From an uncultured Opitutaceae bacterium (lineage in GTDB: Bacteria; Verrucomicrobiota; Verrucomicrobiia; Opitutales; Opitutaceae), in the NCBI GenBank assembly GCA_903891325.1, contig CAITEC010000029.1:539-64538 (forward strand): DNA of 64,000 nt. Direction: 5' to 3'. The notes beneath the pieces were generated by a model. It worked only from the letters and a program-made list of their open reading frames with translations. It ran no database searches and was not told the DNA's origin. Of this stretch, positions 17,829-26,946 are shown piece after piece (position 1 is the first letter of the stretch; each line of letters opens with the position of its first letter). Position numbers and translations under genes: made by a program.

Positions 17829-20525
17829 TCAAGCCATTCCTTTGGCGGTGAAACGGTAGCGTCCCGCCGCCAGTTCGCAAACGACGGACCCGCCGCTGCG
17901 GCGGATCCGAGTGATGCCGCGCGAGCGGGCCAGCGATCGGCCCCCCTCGGTCACGTCCGCCGCGGAGCCCTTCGCCGCGGGGGGGAAGGACGCCGTCGCG
18001 GTCGTGTTGGGCGGGACGACCACCTCCCACTCGAGGCGCCCGCCGCGGAGCTTCCATGAGCTGAGGATCCCGCCGTGGATCGACTGCAGGCTGCCCCGCG
18101 CCGAGGTGATCTCGCCGCCGGGGCGGGGGGCGAGGAGGATGTGCTTGTAGGCGGGTTTCTCCGGATCCACGTCGATCCCGGCAACCGTCGTGTAGAGCCA
18201 GGCGCCGATCGCCCCGTAGGCATAGTGGTTGAAGGAGTTCATCCCCTTGTCCTGGAACCCGCGGTCGTGGGTCCAGCCGTCCCAGCGTTCCCAGATCGTG
18301 GTCGCGCCCTGCGTGACCGCGTAGAGCCAGGAGGGCCACTGCTTCTGGTGCAGGAGCTTGTAGGCGACGTCGATGCGGCCGGCCCGGGAGAGCACATCGC
18401 TCACGTAGGCGGTGCTGACAAATCCGGTCGAGAGCTTGTTGCCGCGCAGCTCGATGTCGCGGACCAGCTCGGCCAGGAGCCGGGGCCGGAGGGCCTCGGG
18501 CGCCAGGTCGAAGTGCAGGGTGAGGACGTAGCCGGTCTGCGTCAGGGCGGCGACGAGGCCGTCGCCGGTGAGGAAGCGCCTGCGGTAGGCGCGGACAACG
18601 CGCGCGACAAGCCGGTCGCAGCGGGCCGCGGCGGCGGAATCCCCCAGGATCCGGGCTATCCGGCCCACGAGCCGCGTGCTGTGGACGAAGAAGGCGGTGC
18701 CGATCAGGTCCTTGGGCGTGCCGCCCTCCACCTTGCCGCTGCCGTCAAGGGCCAGCCAGTCGCCGTACCCCAGCCAGCCCTTCGCGTCGGGGTGCGAGCG
18801 GATGAGCCCGATCGACTGCTTCTCCAGGAAGCCGATGTAGCGCTTCAGGGACTCGAAGTGGGTCCGCAGCAGCGCGGTGTCCCCGTAGCACAGGTACATG
18901 GTCCACGGGCAGATGACGGCCGCGTCGGCCCAGGCCGGCCCGCCGTCGCGGAACGGCCCGCCGACGTGCGGGGCGACCGAGGGCATCGCGCCGGCCTCGG
19001 TCTGCGCGTCGGCGATGTCGCGCTGCCACTTGTTGAAGAAGCCGATCACGTCGCGGTTCCAGGCGGCGGTCCTGCAGAACACCTGCGCGTCGCCCATCCA
19101 GCCCAGGCGCTCGTTGCGCTGGGGGCAGTCGGTGGGGACCTCCAGGAAGTTGCCGCGCTGGCCCCAGTCGATGTTGCTCTGGAGCTGGTTCACCAGCGCA
19201 TCGCTGCAGGAGAATTCGCCGGTCCGCGGGGTGTCGCTGTGCAGGACAATCCCCGTGATGGCCCCGGGTACGGGGTCGGCCGTCGGCCCGTAGATCTCGA
19301 CGTAGCGGAAGCCGTGGAAGGTGAACTGGGACTCCCAGGTCTCGCCGGCGGGGTCGCCCCGCAGCGTGTAGTGGTCGGTCTGGCGTGCCGCCCGGAGGTT
19401 GTCCGTGTAGATGTTGCCATCGGGGCTCAGGACCTCGGCAAAGCGCAGGCGGACCACCTGACCGGCGGCGCCGCGCACCTTCAGCTGGACCCGCCCGACC
19501 ATGTTCTGGCCCATGTCGTAGATCCAGATCGGCGTCTGCCAGGTCTCGATCCGCTTCGGGGGCCCGAGCGGGCGGAGTTCCTGGGTCGCGCGCACCGGGG
19601 GCCCGATGTGCGGGGAGATCGCGATCGCCGGGGAGGGGAATATCTCGGCCGGCTGCCAGGAGCTGTCGTCAAAGTCGGCGGTGTCCCAGCCGGGCATCTC
19701 CTTGCGCGCGTCGTAGGCCTCCCCGTTGATCAGGTCGTTGTCGACGATCGGGCCGAAGGCCGTCCGCCAGGAGTCGCCGGTCGCGATCGTCTGCGTCGAG
19801 CCGTCGGTGAAGGTGATGACGACCTGCGCGAGGAGGCGCGGCCGGTCGCCGTAGTAGGCGCGCGGCAGCCAGCCCACGTGCCCGCAGTACCAGCCGTCGC
19901 CCAGGATGGCGCCGGCGGCGTTGGCCCCCCGGCGCAGCAGCCGGGTCACGTCGTAGACGTCGTACTGGACCCGCGTCGCATAGTCGGTCCACCCCGGGCT
20001 GAACACGTCGGTGCCGACGCGCCGGCCGTTGATGTGGAACTCATACAGCCCCAGTGCCGTCGCGTAGAGCCGGGCCGAGGCGATCCGGCGCCCCACGTTG
20101 AAGATGGTCCGCAGGTGGGGGCTGGGGATCCCGGACTCCGGGCCGCCGGTCAGCGAGGTGCCGATCCACGACCCGGTCCAATCGCCCCGGTCCAGGAGCC
20201 CCGCCTCCCAGAACGCCGATCCGCTCTCGGAGCGCCTCCCGCGCTCGTCCCAGGCCTGCACCCGCCACCAGGCGCGCCGCCCGGACGAAAGCGGCTTTCC
20301 CCGGTAGGCGACCTGGGCGGTCGCGTCGGAGGCCACGCGGCCGCTGTCCCACAGGTCGGGCGCGGCGCCCTCGGCGGTCGAGACGAGGACGCGGTACCCG
20401 GTCTGGCGGGCGCCGCGGCGCCCGTCGGTCTCCAGTCTCCAGCTGAGCCGGGGAGCCGGGTCGTCAAGGCCCAGCGGGTTGGCCAGGTGATTGCAGCGCA
20501 GTTCGGTCGGGAGGGTGGTGGGCAT
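17829..20525 (-). CDS. alpha-L-rhamnosidase, GH78
   Basis: N-terminus LRCNHLANPLGLDDPAPRLSWRL, typical of the bacterial rhamnosidase N-domain; six-hairpin region FLEVPTDCPQRNERLGWMGDAQVF; start at ATG 20525 just below the upstream stop. Confidence 0.9.
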   Translation of the reverse strand: MPTTLPTELRCNHLANPLGLDDPAPRLSWRLETDGRRGARQTGYRVLVSTAEGAAPDLWDSGRVASDATAQVAYRGKPLSSGRRAWWRVQAWDERGRRSESGSAFWEAGLLDRGDWTGSWIGTSLTGGPESGIPSPHLRTIFNVGRRIASARLYATALGLYEFHINGRRVGTDVFSPGWTDYATRVQYDVYDVTRLLRRGANAAGAILGDGWYCGHVGWLPRAYYGDRPRLLAQVVITFTDGSTQTIATGDSWRTAFGPIVDNDLINGEAYDARKEMPGWDTADFDDSSWQPAEIFPSPAIAISPHIGPPVRATQELRPLGPPKRIETWQTPIWIYDMGQNMVGRVQLKVRGAAGQVVRLRFAEVLSPDGNIYTDNLRAARQTDHYTLRGDPAGETWESQFTFHGFRYVEIYGPTADPVPGAITGIVLHSDTPRTGEFSCSDALVNQLQSNIDWGQRGNFLEVPTDCPQRNERLGWMGDAQVFCRTAAWNRDVIGFFNKWQRDIADAQTEAGAMPSVAPHVGGPFRDGGPAWADAAVICPWTMYLCYGDTALLRTHFESLKRYIGFLEKQSIGLIRSHPDAKGWLGYGDWLALDGSGKVEGGTPKDLIGTAFFVHSTRLVGRIARILGDSAAAARCDRLVARVVRAYRRRFLTGDGLVAALTQTGYVLTLHFDLAPEALRPRLLAELVRDIELRGNKLSTGFVSTAYVSDVLSRAGRIDVAYKLLHQKQWPSWLYAVTQGATTIWERWDGWTHDRGFQDKGMNSFNHYAYGAIGAWLYTTVAGIDVDPEKPAYKHILLAPRPGGEITSARGSLQSIHGGILSSWKLRGGRLEWEVVVPPNTTATASFPPAAKGSAADVTEGGRSLARSRGITRIRRSGGSVVCELAAGRYRFTAKGMA

Positions 20526-20545
20526 GGTGAGTGGACGGGTTCCCG

Positions 20546-21688
20546 TCACGCGACGGCGACGCGGTACTTGGAGATGGTGTCGGCCCTGAGCGGCAGTCCG
20601 AATCCGGGCCCCTCCGGCAGGTGCATGAACCCATCCTTGATGGCCGGCTGCTTTTCCGGGAGGTCGAACCACATCGGATCGCGGCTGTAGTTGGGGAATA
20701 TCTCCACGCAGATCCCGTTGGACACCCCGGCAAGAAGGTGGAGGGCCACCTGGGGTTCCTCGTGGTGGGCCATGTTCACCCCGAAGCTCGCGCCCATCCC
20801 GGCGATCCGGCGCCACTCGGTGACCCCGCCGGCGATCGTCACGTCCACGTTGAGGATGTCCACGGCGCCGCGAAGGATCAGGTCCTTGCAGCCAAAGCGC
20901 GAGATCTCGCCCTGGCCGAGGTTCACCGGGATGCCGGCGGTGCGGACGCGGGCGTTGCCCTCGATCTGGTCGTACCAGCGGACCGGCTCCTCCAGCCACG
21001 CGAGGTTCAGGTCGGCGGCGCCCCGGGCGAAGCGCAGGGCCTCCTCGACCGTCCACGCCTGGTTGGCGTCCGTGCACAGGTGAAACTTCGGGCCGGCGAG
21101 CTTTCGCACGCGGCGGGTCCTCGCCAGGTCCTCCTCCACGGTATGCCGCCCCACCTTGAGCTTCATGCCATGGATTCCCTGGTCGAGATAGTGCTGCACC
21201 TCGGTCTCGAGGGCCGCGGCCTTGGCCCCGTCCATCACGTAGCCGCCGATCGCGATCACCGGGACCTTGTCCCGGAAGCCGCCGAGGAGCTTGTAGACGG
21301 GCTGGTTGAGCGACTTGCCCAGGGCGTCCCAGAGGGCGATGTCGACCGCCGCGATCGCCTGGGTCTTGGCGCAGTGCTTTGCCAGGTCGAGCATGTGGAT
21401 GCTTCGGTTGCCCAGGTCGATCACCGCGTCCCACATCCGCTGCCAGTGGGCCTCGACGTCGCGCACGTCCGTCCCGGCGAGCAGGGGAGCGAAGGTCTGG
21501 TTGACCACGCGGCAGACATCCATCTGGTACTGCTCCTCGTCCCCGCCGAAGACCTCGCCGACGATCCCATTGTCCAGCTCGACCCGGGTGACGATCGTGT
21601 TTCGGGAGGTGATGACGTAGGTCCCCCCCTTGAAAACGTCCTCGAGTTTCCTGACGAGCGGAATGGCTTCGATGTGCTTGATTTTCAT
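20546..21688 (-). CDS. enolase-superfamily (mandelate racemase/muconate lactonizing type) sugar-acid dehydratase
   Basis: DIALWDALGK, GMKLKVG, CTDANQAW, LEEP, GQGE metal/acid-base motifs. Confidence 0.9.
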   Translation of the reverse strand: MKIKHIEAIPLVRKLEDVFKGGTYVITSRNTIVTRVELDNGIVGEVFGGDEEQYQMDVCRVVNQTFAPLLAGTDVRDVEAHWQRMWDAVIDLGNRSIHMLDLAKHCAKTQAIAAVDIALWDALGKSLNQPVYKLLGGFRDKVPVIAIGGYVMDGAKAAALETEVQHYLDQGIHGMKLKVGRHTVEEDLARTRRVRKLAGPKFHLCTDANQAWTVEEALRFARGAADLNLAWLEEPVRWYDQIEGNARVRTAGIPVNLGQGEISRFGCKDLILRGAVDILNVDVTIAGGVTEWRRIAGMGASFGVNMAHHEEPQVALHLLAGVSNGICVEIFPNYSRDPMWFDLPEKQPAIKDGFMHLPEGPGFGLPLRADTISKYRVAVA

Positions 21689-21705
21689 AATTTCAATCTG
21701 AAGAT

Positions 21706-21758
21706 GTCATGTCCCAACTTCTTAAATCGAATGGCGATTTAAGAAGTTGGGACATGAC
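21706..21758. repeat. perfect 23-bp inverted repeat (hairpin, 7-nt loop) in a low-GC intercistronic insert
   Basis: gtcatgtcccaacttcttaaatc (21706-21728) / gaatggc / gatttaagaagttgggacatgac (21736-21758); the right arm encodes the last 6 codons and the stop of the upstream gene. Confidence 0.9.
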
Positions 21759-22296
21759 CCCTTAATGCATTGTTGTAGAGATCCCCGCCGACGGAGTCGT
21801 TGAGCACCACCGCGGGAAAACGCCGGAAACGCATCACATGGATCGCCTCGCTGAGCAGCTCGGGGAAGGCGACGACCCGGGCCTCCTCGATGCACAGCGC
21901 AAGCAGGGCCCCGGTCCCGCCAATCGCGCCGAAATAGACTCCCTGGTTGCGGACGAGCGCCTCCTTCACCTCCGGATTCAGGTAGCCCTTGCCGATGAAT
22001 CCGCGAAGCCCCTGGGCGAGGAGGGTCGGCATGAAGGGGTTCATCCGGCCGCTCGTCGTCGGGCCGGCCGAGCCGACGACCGCGCCGGGCTTCGCCGGCG
22101 AGGGGCCCACGAAGTAGATAAGCTGGCCGGCGAGCTCGACCGGAAGGGGCTCCCCTGCGCCGATCATCCGGAAGAGCCGCGCGCAGGCCTGGTCCCTTCC
22201 GGTGAGGACCGTGCCGGTCAGCTCCACCTCGTCGCCGGCCCGGAGCCCGGCGGCGGTCGCCGGGTCGAGGGGAAGGGACAGTTCGCGGGGGGTCAC
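21739..22296 (-). CDS. Fe-S hydro-lyase beta subunit (class I fumarase / L-tartrate dehydratase TtdB-type)
   Basis: GPTTSGRMNPF motif; GTG start overlaps the alpha-subunit stop (GTGA). Confidence 0.85.
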   Translation of the reverse strand: MTPRELSLPLDPATAAGLRAGDEVELTGTVLTGRDQACARLFRMIGAGEPLPVELAGQLIYFVGPSPAKPGAVVGSAGPTTSGRMNPFMPTLLAQGLRGFIGKGYLNPEVKEALVRNQGVYFGAIGGTGALLALCIEEARVVAFPELLSEAIHVMRFRRFPAVVLNDSVGGDLYNNALRGHVPTS

Positions 22297-23135
22297 AGCT
22301 CGACCTCCTGGTGCCGGTGCGCGTGGCACTCGATGTTCACGCTGACCGGAAGGCTCGCAACGTGGCAGGCGGCGGTCTCCACCTGGACGGCGAGCGATGT
22401 GGTCTTTCCGCCGTAGCCCTGCGGCCCGATCCCGCTCGCGTTGATCTGCCTGAGGATCTCCTCCTCGAGCTCGGCGACATGGGGCAGGGGGCTGCGCTCG
22501 CCGACGCGCCGGAGGAGCGACTTCTTCGCGAGGACGGCCGAGTACTCGAAGGAGCCGCCGACGCCCACGCCGACGACGATCGGCGGGCAGGCGTTGGGCC
22601 CGGCCCGTTTGGCGGTTTCGACCACGAAGGCGACGACCCCGTCCCGCCCGTCGGCCGGCGTGAGCATCCGGAACGCGCTCATGTTCTCGCAGCCGCCGCC
22701 TTTGGCGAGCAGCCGGAGCCGGAGGGTCTCCCCGGGGACGAGCTCGGTGTGGACGACCGCCGGCGTGTTGTCGCCGGTGTTCTTCCGGAGGATGGGGTCG
22801 CCGGTCACCGAGGCCCGCAGGTAGCCCGCCTTCCACCCGCGCCGGACCCCCTCGTTGACGGCCTCCCGCAGGGTCCCGCCCGTGATTCGGACGTCCTGCC
22901 CCACGTCGGCGAAGACGACGACCAGCCCGGTGTCCTGGCACATCGGCAGGGATCGCTCCGCCGCGAGGTCGGCGTTCCTTATGATCCTCGCCAGGGTGTT
23001 CCGCGCCAGGTCCGTGGTCTCGGCCGCGGCCGCCGTCCCCAGGGCGGCGCGCATGTCCGCGCCCAGGCTGAAATTGGCCCGCTGGGACAGTTCGGCGACC
23101 GCGTCGCGGATTTGGTCGGTGGTGATTGTCTTCAA
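22293..23135 (-). CDS. Fe-S hydro-lyase alpha subunit (class I fumarase / TtdA-type)
   Basis: LPMCQDTGLVVVF and KGGGCENMS motifs. Confidence 0.9.
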   Translation of the reverse strand: MKTITTDQIRDAVAELSQRANFSLGADMRAALGTAAAAETTDLARNTLARIIRNADLAAERSLPMCQDTGLVVVFADVGQDVRITGGTLREAVNEGVRRGWKAGYLRASVTGDPILRKNTGDNTPAVVHTELVPGETLRLRLLAKGGGCENMSAFRMLTPADGRDGVVAFVVETAKRAGPNACPPIVVGVGVGGSFEYSAVLAKKSLLRRVGERSPLPHVAELEEEILRQINASGIGPQGYGGKTTSLAVQVETAACHVASLPVSVNIECHAHRHQEVEL

Positions 23136-23150
23136 GCGGCGGGGGTGAAA

Positions 23151-24113
23151 TCAGGCGTACACGAAGTCGCCGACCGTCGCGGGCTTCGGGCTCTCGCTGG
23201 CGATCGCGAAGGCCAGCGCCTCGTCGTTGACCGCCTTCGCCTTCTCGCGGAGGGCCTGGAGCTGGGCCTCGGTCGCGCCGCGGGCGAGCAGGACCTTTTC
23301 CAGCCGGGGGATCGGGTCGGCCTTCTTCCACTTCATGGCCTCCTCCTCGTTCGCGTACTTGCCCGCCGAGATCGCGCTGTGGCGCTCCCAGCGGACGGTC
23401 TTGCACTCGATGAGCGTGGGCCCCTCGCCGCGGCGGGCGCGGGCCACCGCCTCCGCCACCGCGCCGTGGACGAGCGCCGGGTCGTTTCCGTCCACCGTGA
23501 CCCCGGGAAGCCCGAAACCGTCCGCGCGCTGCGAGATGTTCTCGATCGGGATCGCCGTGCGGGTCGGCACCGAGATCGCGAAGCCGTTGTTCTCGCAGAC
23601 GAGGACCAGCGGGATCTTCCAGAGGACGGCCATGTTCAGCGTCTCGAAGAAGGCCCCCTCGCAGGTGGCCCCGTCGCCGAAGAAGACGACGACGACCCTC
23701 CCGTTGCGCTTGAGCTGGTTCGCGAGCGCGACCCCGGCGGCGATCGGGATGTGGGCGGCGACTATCGCGTTGGTGCCCATGAAGCCCTTGTCCACGCCGC
23801 ACAGGTGCATGGACCCGCCGCGGCCCCCGCAGCACCCGGTCTCCTTGCACAGCAGCTCGGCCATGAGGCTGCGCGGCTCCAGGCCCTTGGCGATCGCGTG
23901 CCCGTGGCCGCGATAGGTCGCGAGGACCTGGTCGGCGGGCTCGAGGGCCGCGGCGGCCCCGACGGCGATCGCCTCCTGGCCGATGCACGGGTGGGTTGAG
24001 CCGGTGAAGAGGCCCTGGCGGAAGCTGGCGATCGCGTTGTCCTCGAAGTACCGGATGGTCCACATCTGCCCGTACCAGCCGAGCAGGGTTTTCAGTTCGG
24101 GTTCAGTTGTCAT
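23151..24113 (-). CDS. TPP-dependent 2-oxoacid/acetoin dehydrogenase E1 alpha subunit
   Basis: TPP-binding GDGATCEGAFFETLNMA ... ENNGFAIS. Confidence 0.9.
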   Translation of the reverse strand: MTTEPELKTLLGWYGQMWTIRYFEDNAIASFRQGLFTGSTHPCIGQEAIAVGAAAALEPADQVLATYRGHGHAIAKGLEPRSLMAELLCKETGCCGGRGGSMHLCGVDKGFMGTNAIVAAHIPIAAGVALANQLKRNGRVVVVFFGDGATCEGAFFETLNMAVLWKIPLVLVCENNGFAISVPTRTAIPIENISQRADGFGLPGVTVDGNDPALVHGAVAEAVARARRGEGPTLIECKTVRWERHSAISAGKYANEEEAMKWKKADPIPRLEKVLLARGATEAQLQALREKAKAVNDEALAFAIASESPKPATVGDFVYA

Positions 24114-24125
24114 GGATATTTTTTT

Positions 24126-24198
24126 AACAGGAAGGCCGGGAAGATCGTGAAGGTATCGGAAATCAGGCCTTCCCGTCGGGCTTCCCGATCTTCCTGTT
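24126..24198. repeat. repeat family C copy 1: imperfect long hairpin built from gaacaggaag/atcgggaag units
   Basis: aacaggaaggccgggaagatcgtgaagg ... ggccttcccgtcgggcttcccgatcttcctgtt; sits in the 108-nt E1-beta/E1-alpha intercistronic gap; related copy at 56165-56323. Confidence 0.75.
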
Positions 24199-24221
24199 CA
24201 AATTGGTTTGGATGATTGGAT

Positions 24222-25199
24222 TTATGCCATGGCGGTTCTGACGGCGGCCTCCACGTCGGCGGCGCCCGGGAAGACGCTGTCCTGGAGCTTGCCGGTCGGG
24301 ATGGGGAGGTCCCGGGCGGCCACCCGCTGGATGGGCGCCTGGAGGTAGTCGAAGGCGCCCTCCATGGCGCTCTGGGCGATTTCCGCCCCGGCGCCCGCGG
24401 TCTTGACCGCCTCGTGGGCCACGATGAGCCGGCCGGTCTTCCGGACCGAGGCGCAGATGCCCTCGCGGTCGAGCGGGGCGAGCGTGCGCAGGTCAAGGAC
24501 CTCGCACTCGATCCCCTCGGCGGCCAGCTTCGCGGCGGCCTCGAGCGAGGGCTTCACCATGCCGCTGTAGGTGGCGATCGTCGCGTCGGTCCCCTCGCGG
24601 GCGACGCGGAGTTTCCCCAGGGGGATCGGGTGATCCTCCTCCTCGACGGGCATCTTCGCCGCATAGAGCCGCACGTGCTCGATGAACACGGTCGGGTTGC
24701 CGTCGCGGATCGCCGCGATCAGCAGCCCCTTCGCGTCCGCGGCGTTGGACGGGACGATGACGTGCAGGCCGGGGGTGTGCATCATCCACGCCTCGAGGCT
24801 CTGGGAGTGCTGCGCGCCCAGGCCGAGCCGGTTGACGATCGGGGCCCGGAGGATGAGCGGCACGCTCACCTGTCCGCCGAAGAAATACCGCATCTTCGCC
24901 GCCTGGTTGCAGATCGCATCGGAGGCCAGGGTCAGGAAGTCGAGGAACTCGATCTCGACGATCGTCGGCATGCCGCTGATCGCCAGGCCCACGCCCCAGC
25001 CGGCCGTCGATGCCTCGCAGAGCGGGCCGTCGCGGACGCGGTCCGGGCCGAACTCATCGTAGAGGCCCTTGTAGACGCCGAAGCTCCCGCCGTAGGCGCC
25101 GATGTCCTGGCCCAGGAGCACGATGTCCTTGTTCCGCCGCATCTCGTGGCGGATGGCCTCGTTGATCGCTTCCGCCATGCTGAGTTGTCGTGTGGTCAT
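24222..25199 (-). CDS. 2-oxoacid/acetoin dehydrogenase E1 beta subunit
   Basis: MAEAINEAIRHEM...IVLLGQDIGAYGGSFGVYKGLYDEFGPDRVRDGPLCE, typical E1-beta N-terminus. Confidence 0.9.
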   Translation of the reverse strand: MTTRQLSMAEAINEAIRHEMRRNKDIVLLGQDIGAYGGSFGVYKGLYDEFGPDRVRDGPLCEASTAGWGVGLAISGMPTIVEIEFLDFLTLASDAICNQAAKMRYFFGGQVSVPLILRAPIVNRLGLGAQHSQSLEAWMMHTPGLHVIVPSNAADAKGLLIAAIRDGNPTVFIEHVRLYAAKMPVEEEDHPIPLGKLRVAREGTDATIATYSGMVKPSLEAAAKLAAEGIECEVLDLRTLAPLDREGICASVRKTGRLIVAHEAVKTAGAGAEIAQSAMEGAFDYLQAPIQRVAARDLPIPTGKLQDSVFPGAADVEAAVRTAMA

Positions 25200-25217
25200 T
25201 GTTTCGATGGTTAAGAG

Positions 25218-26009
25218 TCAGCGCCCGGCGCGGGATGCGGGGGCGTTGCGCCGCCGCGGGCCCGTGTAGGTGATCTCCGCGGGCTCCGCCGCCTTGAAGG
25301 GCCGCTCGCGCGTCATCTGCTCGTGGGCGTGCGCCGCATACCCGGGAGCCCGGCCGATGACGAAGAACGCCCGGCCCAGCCGGGCATCCATGCCCAGGTC
25401 GCACATGAGGGCGGCGATCACGCCGTCCACGTTGAGCGGAAGGCGCTTGCCGAAGACGGCGGTGGTCGCCCGCTCGATTCCGAGCGCCGCGCGGGTGTGC
25501 GACCCGGCCAGCTTCCATTTCCGGGCCAGGGACAGGAGAACCTTCGTGCGGGGATCGCTCCGGTGGACCGGGTGGCCGTAGCCGGGCATCCGCCGCTTCG
25601 CCGCCTGGAGCCCGCGCAGGACCGCGGTCCCCGTCTTCCCCTCCCTGACCGCCTGCGCCAGGATCAGCGCGCAGGGCTCGATCGCCCCGCCGTGCACGTC
25701 GCCGATCGCGCTTACGCCCGCGGCGACCGCGGTGGGGAGGGGAACCCCGCACGAGGCGACAAACCGGACCGCATCCACGCTGGGGGAGGCCAGGCTGTGC
25801 TCGCAGCAGGAGACCAGGATCGCCTCGACCAGGAGCCCCTCGCGTCCGCGGGGCAATTCGCCGGTGAGCAGGAGGTGGACGACGTCCCCGAAGGACCGCC
25901 GCCGCGTGAGCTGCTCGATGGGGTACCCCCGGACGAGAATTTCGCCGGGCCGGACACGGGAGATCGAGGTTTTCCAGAATTCGCTCATGGCAGGGGGGAG
26001 GTTGTCCAA
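25218..26009 (-). CDS. short citrate-synthase-fold protein (citryl-CoA lyase-like)
   Basis: 263 aa; GYGHPVHRSDPR (citrate synthase His loop) and AHAHEQ; lacks the N-terminal part of full-length citrate synthases. Confidence 0.8.
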   Translation of the reverse strand: MDNLPPAMSEFWKTSISRVRPGEILVRGYPIEQLTRRRSFGDVVHLLLTGELPRGREGLLVEAILVSCCEHSLASPSVDAVRFVASCGVPLPTAVAAGVSAIGDVHGGAIEPCALILAQAVREGKTGTAVLRGLQAAKRRMPGYGHPVHRSDPRTKVLLSLARKWKLAGSHTRAALGIERATTAVFGKRLPLNVDGVIAALMCDLGMDARLGRAFFVIGRAPGYAAHAHEQMTRERPFKAAEPAEITYTGPRRRNAPASRAGR

Positions 26010-26040
26010 GGCAGCACGTCTTTGAGGAGGGTGTCCATTC

Positions 26041-26946
26041 TCATCGGGCCGGGGTCGTCATCCCGGGGGCGCCCAGTCCCTCGAGGATGTCGTCGAACGC
26101 GTCGGCCACGTGCACGCCGACGGAGCGCAGGGCGTCGGCCTTCCCGCGGACCGACCCTCGCCCCCCCTCGACGATCACCGCGGCGTGGCCGAAGCGGACG
26201 CCCTCCAGGTCGTCCACGAAGCGGCCGGACAGGAAGGCGTTGATCCGCAGGCGGCTCGGCTTGCGCGCGAGCCGCTCGGCGAGCTGCTCCTCGGCGCCGC
26301 CGCCCGGCTCGCCGTAGATCACGACCGCGTCGGTCCCCGGGTCGTCCTCGAGCATCCCGATCAGGTCCGTGAAATTGGCGCCGATCACCGGGTCGCCGCC
26401 GACGCCGACGGCGATGCTCTGCCCGACGCCCCGGCTGGTCAGGAAACTGGCGATCTCCGTTGTCATCCCGCCGCTTCGCGAGAGGACCGCGGTCCGCCCG
26501 GGCATGAAGGAGCGCCGCACGTTGTCCACCCGGCCGCCGATCGTCCCCAGCTTGGCGACCCCGGGCCGGATCAGCCCCAGGGTGTTTGGCCCGATGACCG
26601 TGCAGCCGGCCTCCCGCGCGGCGACCAGCAGCCGGCTTGTGTCCAGCCGCGGGACGCGCTCGGTCATGATCAGGCAGAGCTTGATCCCGCCCGCGAAGGC
26701 CTCGAGCGCCGCGGCGGGCACGGCCGGGGCCGGGACCGAGATGATGGAGACGGTGGGACCGTGCCGGCGGACCGCCTCGGCGACCGTGTCGTAGACGGGC
26801 ACGCCGTGGACCTCCCGGCCGCCCTTTCCCGGGGTCACCCCGGCGACAATCGGGCTGCCGTACGCCAGGGAATCCTCGACCATTGCCGAGGCCTCGCGGC
26901 CGGTGATGCCCTGGACAAGGATGCCCGCCTTTGGATCAAGCAGCAT
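26041..26946 (-). CDS. acyl-CoA synthetase (ADP-forming) alpha subunit, SucD-like
   Basis: VQGITGREA, IGPNTLG, SRSGGMTTE and the phosphohistidine loop RFGHAAVI. Confidence 0.9.
   Translation of the reverse strand: MLLDPKAGILVQGITGREASAMVEDSLAYGSPIVAGVTPGKGGREVHGVPVYDTVAEAVRRHGPTVSIISVPAPAVPAAALEAFAGGIKLCLIMTERVPRLDTSRLLVAAREAGCTVIGPNTLGLIRPGVAKLGTIGGRVDNVRRSFMPGRTAVLSRSGGMTTEIASFLTSRGVGQSIAVGVGGDPVIGANFTDLIGMLEDDPGTDAVVIYGEPGGGAEEQLAERLARKPSRLRINAFLSGRFVDDLEGVRFGHAAVIVEGGRGSVRGKADALRSVGVHVADAFDDILEGLGAPGMTTPAR

Noticed and set aside
1103-20690. Very long ORFs antisense to, or out of frame with, the called genes (e.g. 1103-2740 minus, 3754-5670 minus, 6661-8316 minus, 11490-14840 plus, 14675-17851 plus, 18075-20690 plus)
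   Set aside because: Their translations are Arg/Pro/Gly/Ala-rich low-complexity strings without motifs. They mirror well-supported genes on the other strand. Stop codons are rare in GC-rich DNA, so such ORFs are expected artefacts.
21739-24063. 774-aa track ORF spanning three genes, and similar composite ORFs at 26936-28528, 28603-29910, 42262-46419 and 57973-60162
   Set aside because: Only the 3' portion of each is in the true frame. The upstream parts read another gene out of frame. Internal ATG/GTG starts that overlap the upstream stop give proteins with canonical N-termini.
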